This document shows, piece by piece, positions 16,558-30,465 of a DNA stretch of 64,000 nucleotides. Below the pieces are notes generated by a model. That model searched no databases and was not told where the DNA came from. It saw nothing but the letters and a program-made list of their open reading frames with translations. Each line of letters starts with the position of its first letter. Position 1 is the stretch's first letter. This stretch comes from the human T2T-CHM13v2.0 reference genome, Homo sapiens. Location of the stretch: the NCBI RefSeq assembly GCF_009914755.1, contig NC_060933.1, one strand, 5' to 3'. A program made the translations under genes and the position numbers.

Positions 16558-16666
16558 CTAGGGACCGGTTTGTCTGTTGTCCTGACTGGGATGGGAGTGG
16601 CAGGAGGCCCTAGCTGTGTGGCCTTGGCTGTTCTTGTTCAACCTCTCTCTCCTCCTCTGTTGGCAG

Positions 16667-16770
16667 AGTCGCCTCAAGAAAGGCCGGGCTCTCGGCGCAG
16701 CCTGCCTGGCAGCCTTTCCGAGAAGAGCCCCAGCATGGAGCCCTCGGCCGCCACGCCGTTCCGGGTCACG
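16667..16770 (+). CDS. DAB2IP: DAB2IP internal coding exon (104 bp, phase 1 in, phase 0 out): (E)SPQERPGSRRSLPGSLSEKSPSMEPSAATPFRVT
   Basis: Acceptor ctctctctcctcctctgttggcag|AG, donor ACG|gtaact. Local CpG enrichment. Peptide is visible inside ORF 16570..16983 and continues in frame into 37314. Confidence 0.95.
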
Positions 16771-17124
16771 GTAACTATCTCTGCGTCACCAACACCGCCA
16801 CTGCCACCACCATCACCACCTCGCCCGGGGTGCTGCTCTGTGACCCCACGGCCCCCCTTCCTGGAGCCTCATGGACCCGGAGAGCATCCGGCCTCCCTTG
16901 CTCTAGGTATCCGATCCCTCAGCTGCTCCCATCTCCGTGGCTCAGCCCTGGTCCCGGGGGCCACATGGGGGGTCCCATCCTGAGAGGGAGGGGGCAGGTG
17001 GAGGACAGACAGCACCGAAGGCTATGGGGCCCAGCGCTGAGCTGGCCCGGAAAGAGAAGAGGCTCTTGTTAGTTTAGATAAATGTACCCTTGAGGGCGCA
17101 CACACACTGTGCTTCTGCAACCCC

Positions 17125-17260
17125 GAAAAGATGCACTATTTTTGTTTCCATATATTTTAACACCTCTCATGGCATACCATAATTTAAATCTTTCTTGGTG
17201 GTACATAAAATAATGCTATATATTATAACTGATGATGGCTTAGAACCGACAAAACACAGA
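17125..17260. mobile_element. MER104-like Tc2 DNA transposon relic
   Basis: aagatgcact...tggtacataaaataatg...gatggcttagaaccgacaaaacac resembles recalled MER104 ends. Confidence 0.5.
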
Positions 17261-17400
17261 ATATATATCATAGCTATTGAACTGAGTGGTCCCCACAAGC
17301 ACACAGACTTTTTAAAAATTACAAACCTAAACAACTTTATGGAAACAGAACCCAATGACCCTTAACGTCTGACTGTTCATACCCTTCTGCATTTGTGCAT

Positions 17401-17402
<2 letters not shown>

Positions 17403-17442
<40 letters not shown>
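17403..17442. repeat. Perfect (AC)20 microsatellite
   Basis: Read directly. Confidence 0.95.
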
Positions 17443-17443
<1 letters not shown>

Positions 17444-17599
17444 AGAGTTCTGGGTCCCTTCACTCCCTCGTTCAGGAGCATTACTGTGTGTACCTCTCTC
17501 CAGGGCTGTGCCAGGCACCAGAAACGCAGCGATGACATAGACACATTCCTTTCTCCACGGAGCTCAGGTCTGTAGGTCAGGTGGATGTTGGATGGTTTG

Positions 17600-18245
17600 T
17601 TCATCCATTCATTCACTCATCAGTTATTCTGGCATGCCTGCTGTGTGCAAGCAGAGGAAAGAAGGTTCTGGGTGGCAGGAACAGAGAGTGTGCAGGCCTG
17701 GCTGTCACTGGATAGCATCATATAGGGGCTCCAGGGGAGCTGGAAGTGATTGGCTATTCACAGTGGGTTGGGAGGGGGTCCCACGGGAGCTGGCTTTTGA
17801 GCTGCATCTTGAAGGGTCCGTAGAAAATGGCTAGGCAAGGACAGAGAGAGAGAGAGAGGGACTTCCGGGGAGGGAGAACAGCAGTTGCAAAGGTATGGAG
17901 GCACCCTAGAAATTTCCTCTGCTTGCCATAGGGCTGGCTCCTCATCCCTTGGGCATCAGCTCAGATATCAGCTCCTGACCACACCACCTCAAGGAAGCCC
18001 TCTTGCTTTTCCGCCATCACAGCAGCCTGCTCTTCTGTTTCCTAATACTTAGTGTCAGCATGAGAATGTGAGCTCATAAGGTCAGGGGCTGATGTGTTTG
18101 TGGCATGCAGAACTGCTTGGTGGAGCTGGAGTTGAGGGGATCTGGAGGACAGTGTAGGAGGTGAGGCTGGGAGGCCTGGCCGAGTCAAGGTCACGTGGAA
18201 CCTCCAGTACCAGGCCAAAGGGATGGGGCTTTCCCCAGGGCCACT
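17600..18245 (-). mobile_element. L2 fragments
   Basis: ttcatccattcattcactca tail, gagctgcatcttgaagg, gggagggagaacagcagttgcaaagg motifs. Confidence 0.6.
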
Positions 18246-18717
18246 GATTCTCTCCACTGCCAGTATGTTATAAAAATGCCTTAAAAACTAGCTTATTGTC
18301 CTTCTTTAAGATTTCAGTCCACTGGGCCAGGGCAGGGCCTGGGAACCTGCATTTTAACAAGCTTTCCCCAGGAGGTGATTCTGAGTCCCCAGCTGGGGGT
18401 TGAGCCCATGGGCAATGAGGAGGAAGCCTGCGCTGAGACGATTCAGGGTCATGGCCCTGAGTTTGGCCAGGGGGTCTCAGGAAGCTGGTCTCCAGCCTGC
18501 AGGGAGCGCTTGGAGGCTGGGACAAGGGTGACCCCCATCAGCTGGAGCGAAGACCAAGTTCTGATCTCTCTGGATCCCTGGGGCCACAGCAGGCAGGGTG
18601 GGCCTTCAGGGGGACCCTAGGGAACGATGACTAATAATAATTAGTAATAGTAGCCACCTCCATTGATGAAGTGCCTACTGTGTGCCAGGCACTGGGCTCA
18701 CTGTCCTACATCCCTGA

Positions 18718-19035
<318 letters not shown>

Positions 19036-22000
19036 TGATCTCTCTTCATCCAGGAGACACACCTACAGCTGAAACATTGGTTACCCCATTTCCCAGGTGA
19101 GGAAACAGGTTCCGAGAGGTAAAGTCACTTGCTGCCCAAGCTCCAACTGCTACTAAGTGGCGGAACCAAGATTCGACCCCAGGTCTCTGTGACTCCAGGG
19201 CATGAGGCACACCCATCCTCAGGCTAGGAGGCGGATCCATTGCCCCACACCCCCCCAGAACCCCATCAGCATCGCTTTTCCGGCTATTTCCCTTTCTGAG
19301 TTGCTCTAATAGGGGTATTATCACACCTTAAAGTTTTTATAATTTGCAGCTCTTTAAGTGACAGCTAGGATCAGTGTTTTCCCTGTAGTGGTGTCTTCAT
19401 TCTGTCTCCCAGGGTAGAAACCACCTTCAGTCAGAGCCAGCCTTGGGAACCTCGAGCTGCCTGGGACTCAACTCGCAGTCCCACCTGCCCGGTTAGGGTC
19501 TGCAGGATGGAGAGCGTGTTCAAGGTGGTCGTTTTGCCCACTTCTCATGGCAACCCTCTAGGGGAGGCACCATTAGTGTGCCCATTTCACAGGTGAGGAA
19601 ACTGAGGTTCAGAGGTGAAATTCTTTAGCTGGTGTCACTCAGCTCCTGAGTCAGGACTGCCGGACATCTACGTTTTGTGTCCTTTCCTGGGCACCTTGGT
19701 CCTTAAGAGATGTGATTTGAGATTCTCTTCTGGGCTGGGTGCTGGGAGCTGAGGGGACTGGAGAACTCAGAGGTGGGGATCTGGGTTCAAATCCCAGATC
19801 TTCCATGACCCATGTGATTTCAGTAGCCACTGAGCCTCTCCGAGCCTTGTGTTCTTGACAGTAAAATCTGGAATGACAGACTTTGCTTGGACTGTGGACT
19901 TGGTGAATGTGGTCGCCCAAGTCTGACCCATGGTAGGTGCTTCATGGATGAAATCCATCATTAACATCCAAATCGGGTTTCCATTTTTGGCTGTAAAACA
20001 TCAGTAAAGATCTAGGAGGGTTGGAGTACAGGCAGAGGACAAGGTGTTTGGGGGAAGGTCAGTGGTGAGCCTGGCCTGGGCCTTGGGGACAGTCCCTCAC
20101 ACAGACCCTGTGCAGGGCCAGAAGCACCCTCCTCCCTCCCCTAGCCCGTAGCACACACTTGCTCACTTACAGGCTCCCAAAAGCTATGTCCTCACGTGCT
20201 CAGCTGACTTTTGCTCTGTGTAGACCCTCGAGGGAACCCAGGAAACATGGTTTTGCCTCGGGGAGGCAGGGGAGATGCCACAGGATGTACTGGAATAACT
20301 GCCACCTTCACTGCCATTTCAAACCCAGATGGCAGGCTGTCAGCATCTCTTACAGGGGTGCTCCGCAGGGAGAATCAATGAGTCACGGTGTAAGGTCTAC
20401 AAGGCTCAGCCTGTCCACCTTCTCCATGGAAACTGAGGCCTGGGAAGGGCTTGTCAGAGGTCACCACCCAGCTGACAGCAGTTCAGGAGCCTGGGTTGTT
20501 TACACCATCACATGCCACCCCTCCTCATTTTGTGAGTCAGCCGAGGACCTGCAGCCACTCTGTAGGGCATTGAAGGCTCAGTGCTAGTCCTGCCCCTGCC
20601 TCTTGTAGACTGTATGACCCTGGGAGAGCCTCAGTTTCCCCTTTTGTGAAATGTGGGGGATGGACTTTGTAAGGCAGCGTACAGTTCAGGCATAAATAGG
20701 TGCTTAAATGTTCTGGTGCAGTAGCTAAGAGAATGGGCTCTAGAGAGTTCCCCGACCCAGGTTTCAGGCCCTGCACAGCCTCATACCAGCTTTGTGGCTT
20801 GCTCAGGAGTGGAACTTTTCTGCCTATCTGGGACAACTCCCTCCCTCCTATAGGGAGAGTTGGGGGGTAGGGGAGTGGCTCTCCAGGACCACACAGTGCT
20901 ACGAGGCTGGCATGTGCCCTGCAAGTTATAGGGGGCCCTGAATGAGGATGGGGGAAGGGGCCTGGGAGTAGATGACCAGAGAGGCTTCCTGTGCATCTGT
21001 GGCCATCAGCTCTCAGGCTCCTGAGATTCAAACCCAGGTCTGTCTGCTCTGTGCCAGTAGTGTCTCCTGGAAGGGAAGGAGGGAAGGGTGGCAGGCAGCA
21101 AGCTGGGGCCCTGGATCTGCATAGACCAATGGTCAGACTGGGTCTGGGGGCTTTGCATGTGCCCACCCAGCTTCCCCAGGCCCTGGACCCCTTAGCAGCA
21201 ACAGCATGCTGTTCTTTCTCTCCTGCCACTCCATGGCAGAGGAGCCGTGGTTTGATTTGGGAGGCAAAGAGCTGATGACTCTTCCTGGTCTCCCCACGAG
21301 CTCCTTAGCCTGCTCCCTTCCCCAGCCCCAAACTTCCCTGTTGCGGGCTGGGTCCTTCCTCCCTCCCTCCTTCCTCTGCCCCCACCCCCCTCCCATCAAC
21401 CTTGAGGATGGCTGGCAGGCCTGGGGTGTGGGAGGTGGCAGAGGCTCAGGGAAACTTGACAGCCAATTGATTCCTCCTCGGGAAGTTGAAAGTGGAGAGT
21501 CGTGTTTGAAGGTTTAGCTGAAATTAGGTCTCAGGGCTATTTTTTGCGAGATGGAGAAGGAGAAGTGTCAGGGAGGGGAAGGCCCAGGGGTCTGGCAGAA
21601 ACTGCAGATAAACTCAACATTGGGTTGATTATGGATGCTTCTAGGAGCAGGTCTTTGGTTTCTTTCAACAACTCACTTTTATTGGTGCTTGGTTGTGCAC
21701 ACCCTGCATAGGATGCTGTGACAGAACAAGGAACAGTTATCTCTGGCCAGGAAGGACAGGGAAGAATTCTTAAAGAAGGGACTCTTGGGGCTGGGCTTTG
21801 AGGAGTGTATAGGAGTTCGTCAGGAACCAAGGGAGAAGAGTATTTCAGTTAGTGAAGTGAATAGAAGGAAACAAGCTAATGGCCCTGTGTGATTGGAGTG
21901 CTGGATGGGTTCAGGGCCTGGAGAGAAGAGTGAGAGACCTTGGTGGGTGAGCTAAAGCCTTTGGACTTTCCCCTGCAGGATACAAGAACCACAGTGGATG

Positions 22001-25000
22001 ATGGCTGTGAGTGGAGCTAGCAGTAGACCTCTGAGCTGTGGACCTCAGGTTTTCCAGCTGCTCACCCCTTTTCTCACTCCTGTAGCCTCCCTGCACCCTC
22101 CCCATGTTTCAGCTGTCTTTCTGTCACACAAACTCAAGAAACAGGCATGTGAACACAAACATGCAAGCTAGTGGGTGACCCTCCCGCCCATGTCACCATG
22201 GAAAGGCTGTTGGAAATTAACTGGTTCAACCCTTCCCTATACAGAGGAGGGACTGAGAATCATAGACGGGAGGGTCCTTTCCTGAGGTCACACAGCATGT
22301 CTAGGGTAGGGCCTGGAGTTGAGCCCAGGTCTCTGTCCCTCTCCCCCGCATCCAGTGGTCCTCACCCCTTACTCCTTCCTGTCCTCTCCTCCCAGCACCT
22401 GGATATCAGCCACCCCGTCTGAGCTGAGCCCTTCTCCCAGCCCCCATCACATTTCCTGGGAGGAATGGGTGTTCTTTGGTCCAACTGCCCTCGGAGCCCC
22501 ACGACAGCTCCTTCCCGCTCATCTGCACACTGCCCCCTCCTGGCCACCAGGCCCCAGCCCCAGCTGTAGAGGGACCCGAAGTTTGGGCTGCGGGCTGCCT
22601 GAAGGAGGAATGCATGACTTCAGGTCCAGGAGGGGGCATTCTCTGCTCCCTGCAGAGCCGGCCCCGCTGCCCCCCATTTGTGCCCCTTCCAAGCTACGGA
22701 GGCTCCGGGTGGCTGTTGGGGTGGGGAACAGAAAAGCCAGCCAGGCTCACAGATCAGACAAGCCAGATCTGTCCCAGGGTATATGGGGAAACTGAGGCCT
22801 GGAGAGGAGCAGCTTGCCCAGGATACTTGCTGGGGCTCCCTCCACTGGCCCAGGCTGCTGTGGGTCCATCTCAGATGGTCGTTCACTTGGGACATATTTA
22901 TGTTTGTGGCCCATCAACCAGTGGAGGGATGTCAGCCACGTGGTCCTGGCTGTAACAGGGCGGTAGTGCTGGACCCCTGGGTGGGGTCCCACCATGGGCG
23001 CCCCAGTTTTCTCCTTGAAGTATGAGGAATTTGCTTAGTTCTGCTCTGTGAGTCAGTCTCCTGACCCAGCATCCGGCGTGTATTCAGCGGATGGGCGGGG
23101 TGGTGGAAGAGCAAACCCTGCCCCCTCCGCCCCCTCCACCCTCACTCCCTCCATCCCTGCCCTTCACGGAGGCTGATTGGTATTAAACTATTCAAACCCA
23201 AAAGGAACATTACCGTCATTTTGGTCTGTGTCTGCCTTCCGCGGGGGGCATCCCCCTTTTCTGCAGAGGGAGTGTTGGAAGGTGGGACTCAGGAGTTGTC
23301 CGGGGTGGCCAGGGTGGGGCAAGGATGTTCTTCGGGGCAGGAGTCTGGGGACAGGGGGTCTTGGAGCCTCCTGAATCCAAGACCAGGCTAGTCTGAGGCC
23401 TGGGACAGAGGTGGGACTGCTGCAGTATTGGTAGGGTTGGGAGGCTGTCGCCCCACCCCATTAATACACAGGAAGGTGGTTTCATCAGCTCCATTTTACA
23501 GTTGAGGATCCCAGGCTTAGGGAGGAGAGAGGCCTGGCCTCAGCAGGTCTCCAGCTGGTGGGTGGTAGGGGCAGGAGCCCAGCTCTCGTCTGCGAGCCTT
23601 GCTGCGGTGTGAACGAACTTACTTTCTTCTCTCCTTTTGCCTTTCTTTATTCTTTCTTTCGATAAATTTGCCATCATCACCAACTATGTGTCAGGGCCTA
23701 TGCCAGTCATTGAGGATACAAAGAGGATGAAAACGTAGTTGCTACCTGCAGAAATACAGAAGGGCCAGCCGGGGCTTGGTGAAGTAATTTCCAGGCAGGT
23801 GAAGGGGAAAGGACATTCCAGGCAAAGGCCAGGACATGGGAAACAGCATGAGCAAATGACAGCAGGAACTGAGCGCAGTTTGGGGGCTGAAATGTGAGGA
23901 AGTGGCTGGAATGGAAGCGACAAGAGATCCACGGCAGTGAACAGAGCAGATGGGATCTAAGGCCATATTAACAGGAGTATGAGGTCCTCAGCAAGGGAGG
24001 TGAGGTGGGCCAGAGTAGGCCAGAGCAGACATGGAGTGCAGCATACTTGACCAGGCTAGGAGAGTCTGGAGCTCCTTCAGTGGGCAGAGACCAAGACTGG
24101 GTGGGGATCCAGCATGGGGTTGGGGGGACAAGCAAATTGCTTTTCTCAAGCAGGTTCTCAGGAGCCTGTTCCAACCCCCCCAACATCTGTGCTCAGAATG
24201 CCCTTGGGCAGGGGTAGGGGGAAGAGCCCACTTCAAGGATCCCTGGAATCTTCTGCCTCATCCTGGCAAGTGGCAGCTGGCTTGGGCAGTGTGAGTGAGG
24301 AGGATGGAAGTGAAGGGAACAAGCCAGCCTCTGTACCCCCTCCTCTTCCTGCCCTGGGGACTTCCAAATACATCAGAAGGCCATCCCTGTAAATTCCATT
24401 TCCCCAGCCCTGCACTTAAGCCTGTTGGGCAGCATGGAATCAGATGAACTGGTTCCCGTTAAGGTGTAAAGGCCACCACCCCAGTCCCTGCCAGGTTCAG
24501 TAACTGGCGAGTGGAATGCTCTCTGTGGGGGCCTTTCTTCCTCTCTTCACACCCACTCAGGGTCTTGGGGTACAGTGCTGGCCTCTCCCAGGGATAGTCC
24601 CCCCAACCCAGGGATGAAGCAGGATTAGAATCTTGGCCACTGCTCCCTTCTGTAGGATGGCTCAGGCAAGTTGCCCCACTCTCTTTCCCTGTCTGTAAAT
24701 GGGCAGGAACCCCTCCCCACAGAGTGGCTGTGAGGGCTCAGTGCCTGGCACAAGGCAGCATTCCCCACACCTGTTCCCTTTGCTTGTGTGAGGGGTGCAC
24801 CTCCACCCCACATTTCCTCCAGAGCCCCAGGTAACTGGGCAGACCCCTCCCACTTCCATACCCTTCCGTCACGGCCCCAAAGCAACATCACCCCTGACTG
24901 AACTTCTAGGGCTCAGCCCTGGCAGTAGAAGGTGGAGAGGGGCTGGAGGGGTTCCTAGGGGACCAGAGACCAAGTTCTTAGGTGGTGAGTTCAGATGGAG

Positions 25001-26855
25001 ATGGAGGTGTCTGCGCAGGGTGGTTTCCTGCCAGTTGGGGGCAGCAGAGGGTAGCAAGTGGACTTCTGGGTGGCTCCTCCCAGTGAGTGTTGAAGTCCCA
25101 GGGGTTTGTGTGTCAGGGGCCACAGGGAGCTGGCCCAACAAGGTGTTAGCTGGCTAAACAAGGTGTAGAACATACTGCTGGGGGCTGGGAGCAGCTCAGA
25201 TCCGGGAGCACCTGTCAATGGCTGGGCCTGGCATGACTGGCTGTGCCAGCTGGGCCTAGGTTGACCAGAAAGCCAGGGGTTCTGAAAGGGGACCCTGGTC
25301 AGGGACACTGGATGGAACAAGGTCTGGGGCTGGGACAGCTGTCCACCAAGAGAAAGGGCACAGGGTGAGGTGGACCAGCATGTGATCTGTCAGGCAGGGC
25401 TGCTGCACTGTGGTCACCAGGCTGGGGCCAACAGACACTCAGTCACTGCCACCCTTTGATGGGTTATAGGCACCTGTTCCACCTACCACTGCTTTGAGAG
25501 GGGGTAAGGCGGGCATTGTGGGAGAGGCAGGGTGGTGGTCAGAGCTTGCACTCCAAGTCCCACTGGCCTGGGTTCGAATCCCAGCTCTACCACCTCTGCT
25601 GTCTGTACGATGGGGGATTTTGAATCCTGTTCTGCATAGTACTCTGAGTCAGGCCCTGTGCTGAGCACTTTCTAAGTATTGTCTCATTTAATCCTTACAA
25701 CTCGAGGCTCAGATAACACAAATCTCACTCATAGAAGGTGACAAAATCAAGGCAGATGGGGAGTGAAGAGATAGCTGAGGGTGGCTCCTCTCATGGGCCT
25801 GGATCTTGAAGTTCTCACAGCGCCTGGACCATAGCATGCAGCCCAGTCTTTGCTAGTCAGTGCTGTTTTTCTCTTCATCTTACGGACGAGGATGTTGAGG
25901 CCCAGAGAGGGGAGGTGCATTGTCCTGGGCCACACGGCTTGCAGGGACAGAGCTGAGATTTGGACCCAGGCCTCCCCATCTCTCTGCCTTATCTTGTCCT
26001 GCCCCTACTTTGAGCAGGCCTGGCCCTAGGGGTCAGACACCCCTGGGATAGGAGAGAACTGCTCTCCTCTTGTCATCCTGCCCTGTGGCCCTGCAGGTCC
26101 TCCCCTTTCCTGGGAGGTGGGGGAGCCTGCATGTCAGGGGCAAGGCTCAGACGCCTTCATTTTCCCACCTCCTCATGCTACAAAAATGAAACGATCAAGT
26201 GGTATTTTGGTGGGATTACAGACATAATTATATCTGAGTTGTCAAGCGGCAATTGTTGTTTCCAAAGCCAGGAGGCCCTCTGTGGAGGTGGCAGCAGTGA
26301 CATCTGTTTCTAACACAAGGCTCTGCATCGGGATGAGTAACTTCTCCTGTGGAATTGCTTAAAGAACGTCTAAAACGAGCTGAGCTTGTTACTCCCCTGC
26401 TCCAGCACCTTAGATGGCTCCCAGCAGGGTGGGGGATCCAGCTCCCCGGCCTGGCATTCAAGCCCCCCAGGCTGTCCCAGCTTCCACGCCTTTGTGTGGG
26501 CGGATCCTTCTACCCACAATTCCTCCCCATCTCTCTCTGTCTCCAGAGCTCACTAGTGCCATCCAGGGCTCTGTCCAGGTTGCAGAACACCCCATCTGTA
26601 CACGCTCCCTCACGGACTCTGTGACTTCATGATCCATCACTTCTGTCTCTCCCACCAGACGGTGGTCACCTTCTCAAGGACAGGGACTGTTTCTGATTTG
26701 TCTGAACTCCCAGCACTGGGGCAAGGACTCACCTGTGGCAGGCTCATGAGGGGCTTGCGGAATGAAGGTGCACGAGACAGAGAGAGACAGGGAGTAAACG
26801 AATTAAATGGAGTAAGCGCAGGGTGAGCAGGGAAGAGGGTGAGCCGTGACCTCTC

Positions 26856-26895
26856 CACTTCTGCCAGCCCCCACACTTCTGCCAGCCCCCACACT
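26856..26895. repeat. Perfect 18-bp tandem duplication CACTTCTGCCAGCCCCCA x2.2
   Basis: Read directly. Confidence 0.9.
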
Positions 26896-26941
26896 GGGTG
26901 TCTGAGGCCAGAGTGGTCCCCTGCCTTGGGAGGACAGGTCA

Positions 26942-27380
<439 letters not shown>

Positions 27381-27914
27381 TCACCCAGGAGAAATAGCCT
27401 ATAAAATCCTCTCCTAAAATGGTGCATTTTGTATTCTGTAGTGAAAAGGGCTTTTAAAAGCACTGCTTACTCAGGTGGATTTATGGAGTTTCCCCCACCC
27501 CTCCCTCCCACTAGTGTTTACTGGTCCTCAGTCCTGGAGCTCCCTGGGGTCCTGTTTTTTCCTTGGTGGCTCTTGGTCCAGGGAGAGAAACAAGATAGCA
27601 TCTCTTTCCTGCCTTGCTGCCTTGGGGCCCCCCGGGCCAGCTGGGTGCCTGGAAGTGCAGGGGAATCCTACCCAACAGAAGCTCCCTGTGGCCCAGCGCA
27701 AACCTGAAAGTCCCACCATTAGTGCCCATTTGTCCCCGGGAGACTCCCCCCCCATGTGTTGTCACCTGCAAATGGGTCACCAGGGAGGCACAACAAAGCT
27801 GGAAAGAATTCAGAGATCAGCTAGACTAATCCCCGCATTGTACAGCAGGGAAACTGAGTCACAGAGCAGCTTAGGTGCTGGCTCAACGCCTCAGTCTGGT
27901 AATGGAATTACATG

Positions 27915-28125
27915 AGAGCTTTAGCTCTGGAGCAGCCTGTCTGCTGTGTTGAACCCAGCTCTGCCGCTTCCTGACCGTGCGGTGCTGTGCAAATTAGTTG
28001 CCCTTTCTGAACTTCTGTTCTCCCATCTGCACACTGGGTTGTGAGAATTAAAGAGAAGTCATGGGAAGCTCTAATACAGTGCCTGAAGCTTAGACAGGGC
28101 TTACTAAACACATCTGACTAATTCT
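27915..28125 (+). mobile_element. MIR (representative; many other MIR fragments occur, e.g. near 1905, 19770, 25520, 33420, 41430, 51110, 56565, 62670)
   Basis: gaacccagctctgccgcttcctgacc...ctgaacttctgttctcccatctg...gttgtgagaattaaa core. Confidence 0.8.
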
Positions 28126-29448
28126 CAGCAGCGTGTTGGAAGAGCCCTCATTAGTATTAATAGCAGAGCTGGGTTTTGACCCCAGACTTATAGACTCCAA
28201 ACGTGGTTTTCTTGCCACTCATGCAGTGCACAGAGCACAGGATAGGGGAGTTTTGCTGGGGAATGAGCACTAAAGTCAGCAAGCCCCGGGAGGACTGGCT
28301 GGGACCTCAGTGATAGGACGTGCAGGCAGGCGGAGATAGTATAGACCCTGCTGCAGGGGTGTAACCTCCTGGTGGAATCGGCTTCCTTGCAGCCACGAGG
28401 CCCTGGGTATCCAACTCCCCACCCCTTAGCCAGGGCTGGCTGAGAGCTTAAAGAGCTGATGAGGTGTTTGTAGCCATCCAGACCTCTGGGACAGGCTTAT
28501 TATGCTAAGGCAAGTGTCAGCTGGAGGATCTATGGGACAATGAGTCACTCCCTGGCTGCTCTGGGTTGTCACATCCCAAGCTGAGACCTTGGGAATGCGT
28601 AACTGGTTTCTGTTCGCTGATGCCCGCCTAATCCTGGGCACTGGCAGGTACCAGGAGGGCTCTGCTGACGTCCTCAGCTCCCCTCCCAGCTTCACCTTTA
28701 CCCTCTTCAAATCTGGGCTCCCCTCTTTTTCCTCCGTTAGACTCTCAGTGTTCCTTAGGGTTCCCCTTTACTTGGGTGTCCTCTGCCCTGGGGAAGGGAT
28801 TACAAGCCCAGGCTCAGGTGGTGGTGTATAACTTGGAGGCTGGAGGGACCTGTGATAACTCCAGGGGCCTCCCAGGGCAGCCAGACTCCCCGCTGTCCTA
28901 CCTCTACACCTCTGCTTATGCTGTGAGTCTGCCTGGAATGCCTTTATGTGGCTATCCTGCCCCAGCCAATCTCAGCAAGCCCACCTGCTGTCCCACCTTC
29001 AATGTTTCTAAAATGCTGTCAAAAGCTGCCTCCTCCAGCAAGTCTGCCCAGATTGCTCCCAAGTGAAATCCTTTTAAAAAGCCCCACAGAGCACTTTATC
29101 TTTTTCCTTTTATATCATTAAATATTTGTGAATTCATTCAAGAAATATTGAGAGAATACCTGCCAGGCGTCCAGCACTGGAGACCCAGGTTGCCATGGCC
29201 CCTGCTCTGGAGGCTTTACAGTCCAGTATGGGGTGGGGGAGGCACTAAACAAACACACTTATAATTACAACTGTGGTAAGTCTACAGGGAGACCTGGCCT
29301 AGTGTGGGGACATCCGGGGAGGCCTCTAAGAGAAAGACTGAGGAGGTACCTGAAGGGTGTGGAGAGTCTTCCTTCCCAGGCAGGAGGAACAGCCCAGGCC
29401 CTTCTGGCTAACGGCTGGGCTGGTCTCTGGTGGTCAAAGGAAGTGATA

Positions 29449-29526
29449 GCAGTGAGCCGAGATCGCGCCACTGCACTCCAGCCTGAGGACAGTGAGAGAC
29501 TCCATGTCAAAAAAAAAAAAAAAAAC
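29449..29526 (+). mobile_element. Severely 5'-truncated Alu (3' about 60 bp plus poly-A)
   Basis: gcagtgagccgagatcgcgccactgcactccagcctg...A-tail only. Confidence 0.85.
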
Positions 29527-30191
29527 TATGACCATGAAAGTGATCATGACCGCAATGATAGCAGTTCGTATTTATTGTATGCAGGGAAATGGGCTAAGTT
29601 TCTTCCATGCGTGATCTCATTGAATCTTCACAACTACCTCGTCCCCATTTTACAGAAGAGGACACAGGCATAGAAGGTTAAGTCATGAGCCCAAGGCCCC
29701 AGAGCCATTAAGTGGTGGAATCCCCTGCTCCCACCTTCTTCCGGAGGAAGGATGAAAATTATTTACATTTTACCTGGGGATTCCTAGAGATTGAATTACC
29801 CTTAGGACCTAAAGAGGTGTGTCAAACAGTGGAATTTCAGCTGTACTGATGGGCAGGAGAAATGTTTAGGGCAGGAAGCTTCAGCTCTTGCCAGGGAACA
29901 GAACTCCAAAAGTCACAGGTTCTGGGAGCTGTAAGCTGTAAAAACGAGCTTTGAGTGTGAGAGAAGCAAACAAATTGTCCAAAGTGAAGCCCTGCGAGAA
30001 AAGCAGGGGGAGTTATCTTGGAAGCCGTTAAGAGCTGTTTTCTTGCCTTGGTCCTGAGATCTGGGCTCCTAACTCTGGAGCTTCCTGGGCCACTTGCCCT
30101 TCCTGTCCTGGTTGTGAATGTGAGCACGTGAGGGCCAGCGTGTTTAGCTTGTGTGTCTGCACAATTCTGCTGGTGCCTGATGATAGCTGAG

Positions 30192-30465
30192 TACATGTGT
30201 ATATTTATTGGCTTATTTCAGTGTATTTGTATGTTAGCTTGTATGTTTCATGGCTGTGTATGTGTGTATTCGTGTGTGTGCTGATCAATGTGTATGTGTT
30301 TGTGTGTGTCTGTATGTGTGGTGGCACTGGGGTACTTGTATGCTTACACATACATTTCTTTGTGGGATGCCTTTCCTGTGTGCATTTGTATGCATGCCTG
30401 TCCTTGAACTTGTGTATGTTTCTGGCCCTGTATATTTCTCTATGAGAACATGTTTAAGTGTGTCT
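30192..30465. repeat. Degenerate TG/TGTA-rich low-complexity tract (similar tracts at about 43225-43330 and 43500-43620)
   Basis: Read directly. Confidence 0.8.

Noticed and set aside
16771-16983. Open frame continuing past the 104-bp exon donor (Pro-rich)
   Set aside because: Explained by C-rich CAC/CCA low complexity; stops at 16983 with no supporting donor or poly(A) signal.
18225-18234. kB-like sites GGGGCTTTCC (18225) and GGGAGTTTCC (44676)
   Set aside because: Isolated 10-mers, one inside an L2 relic; chance occurrence is expected.
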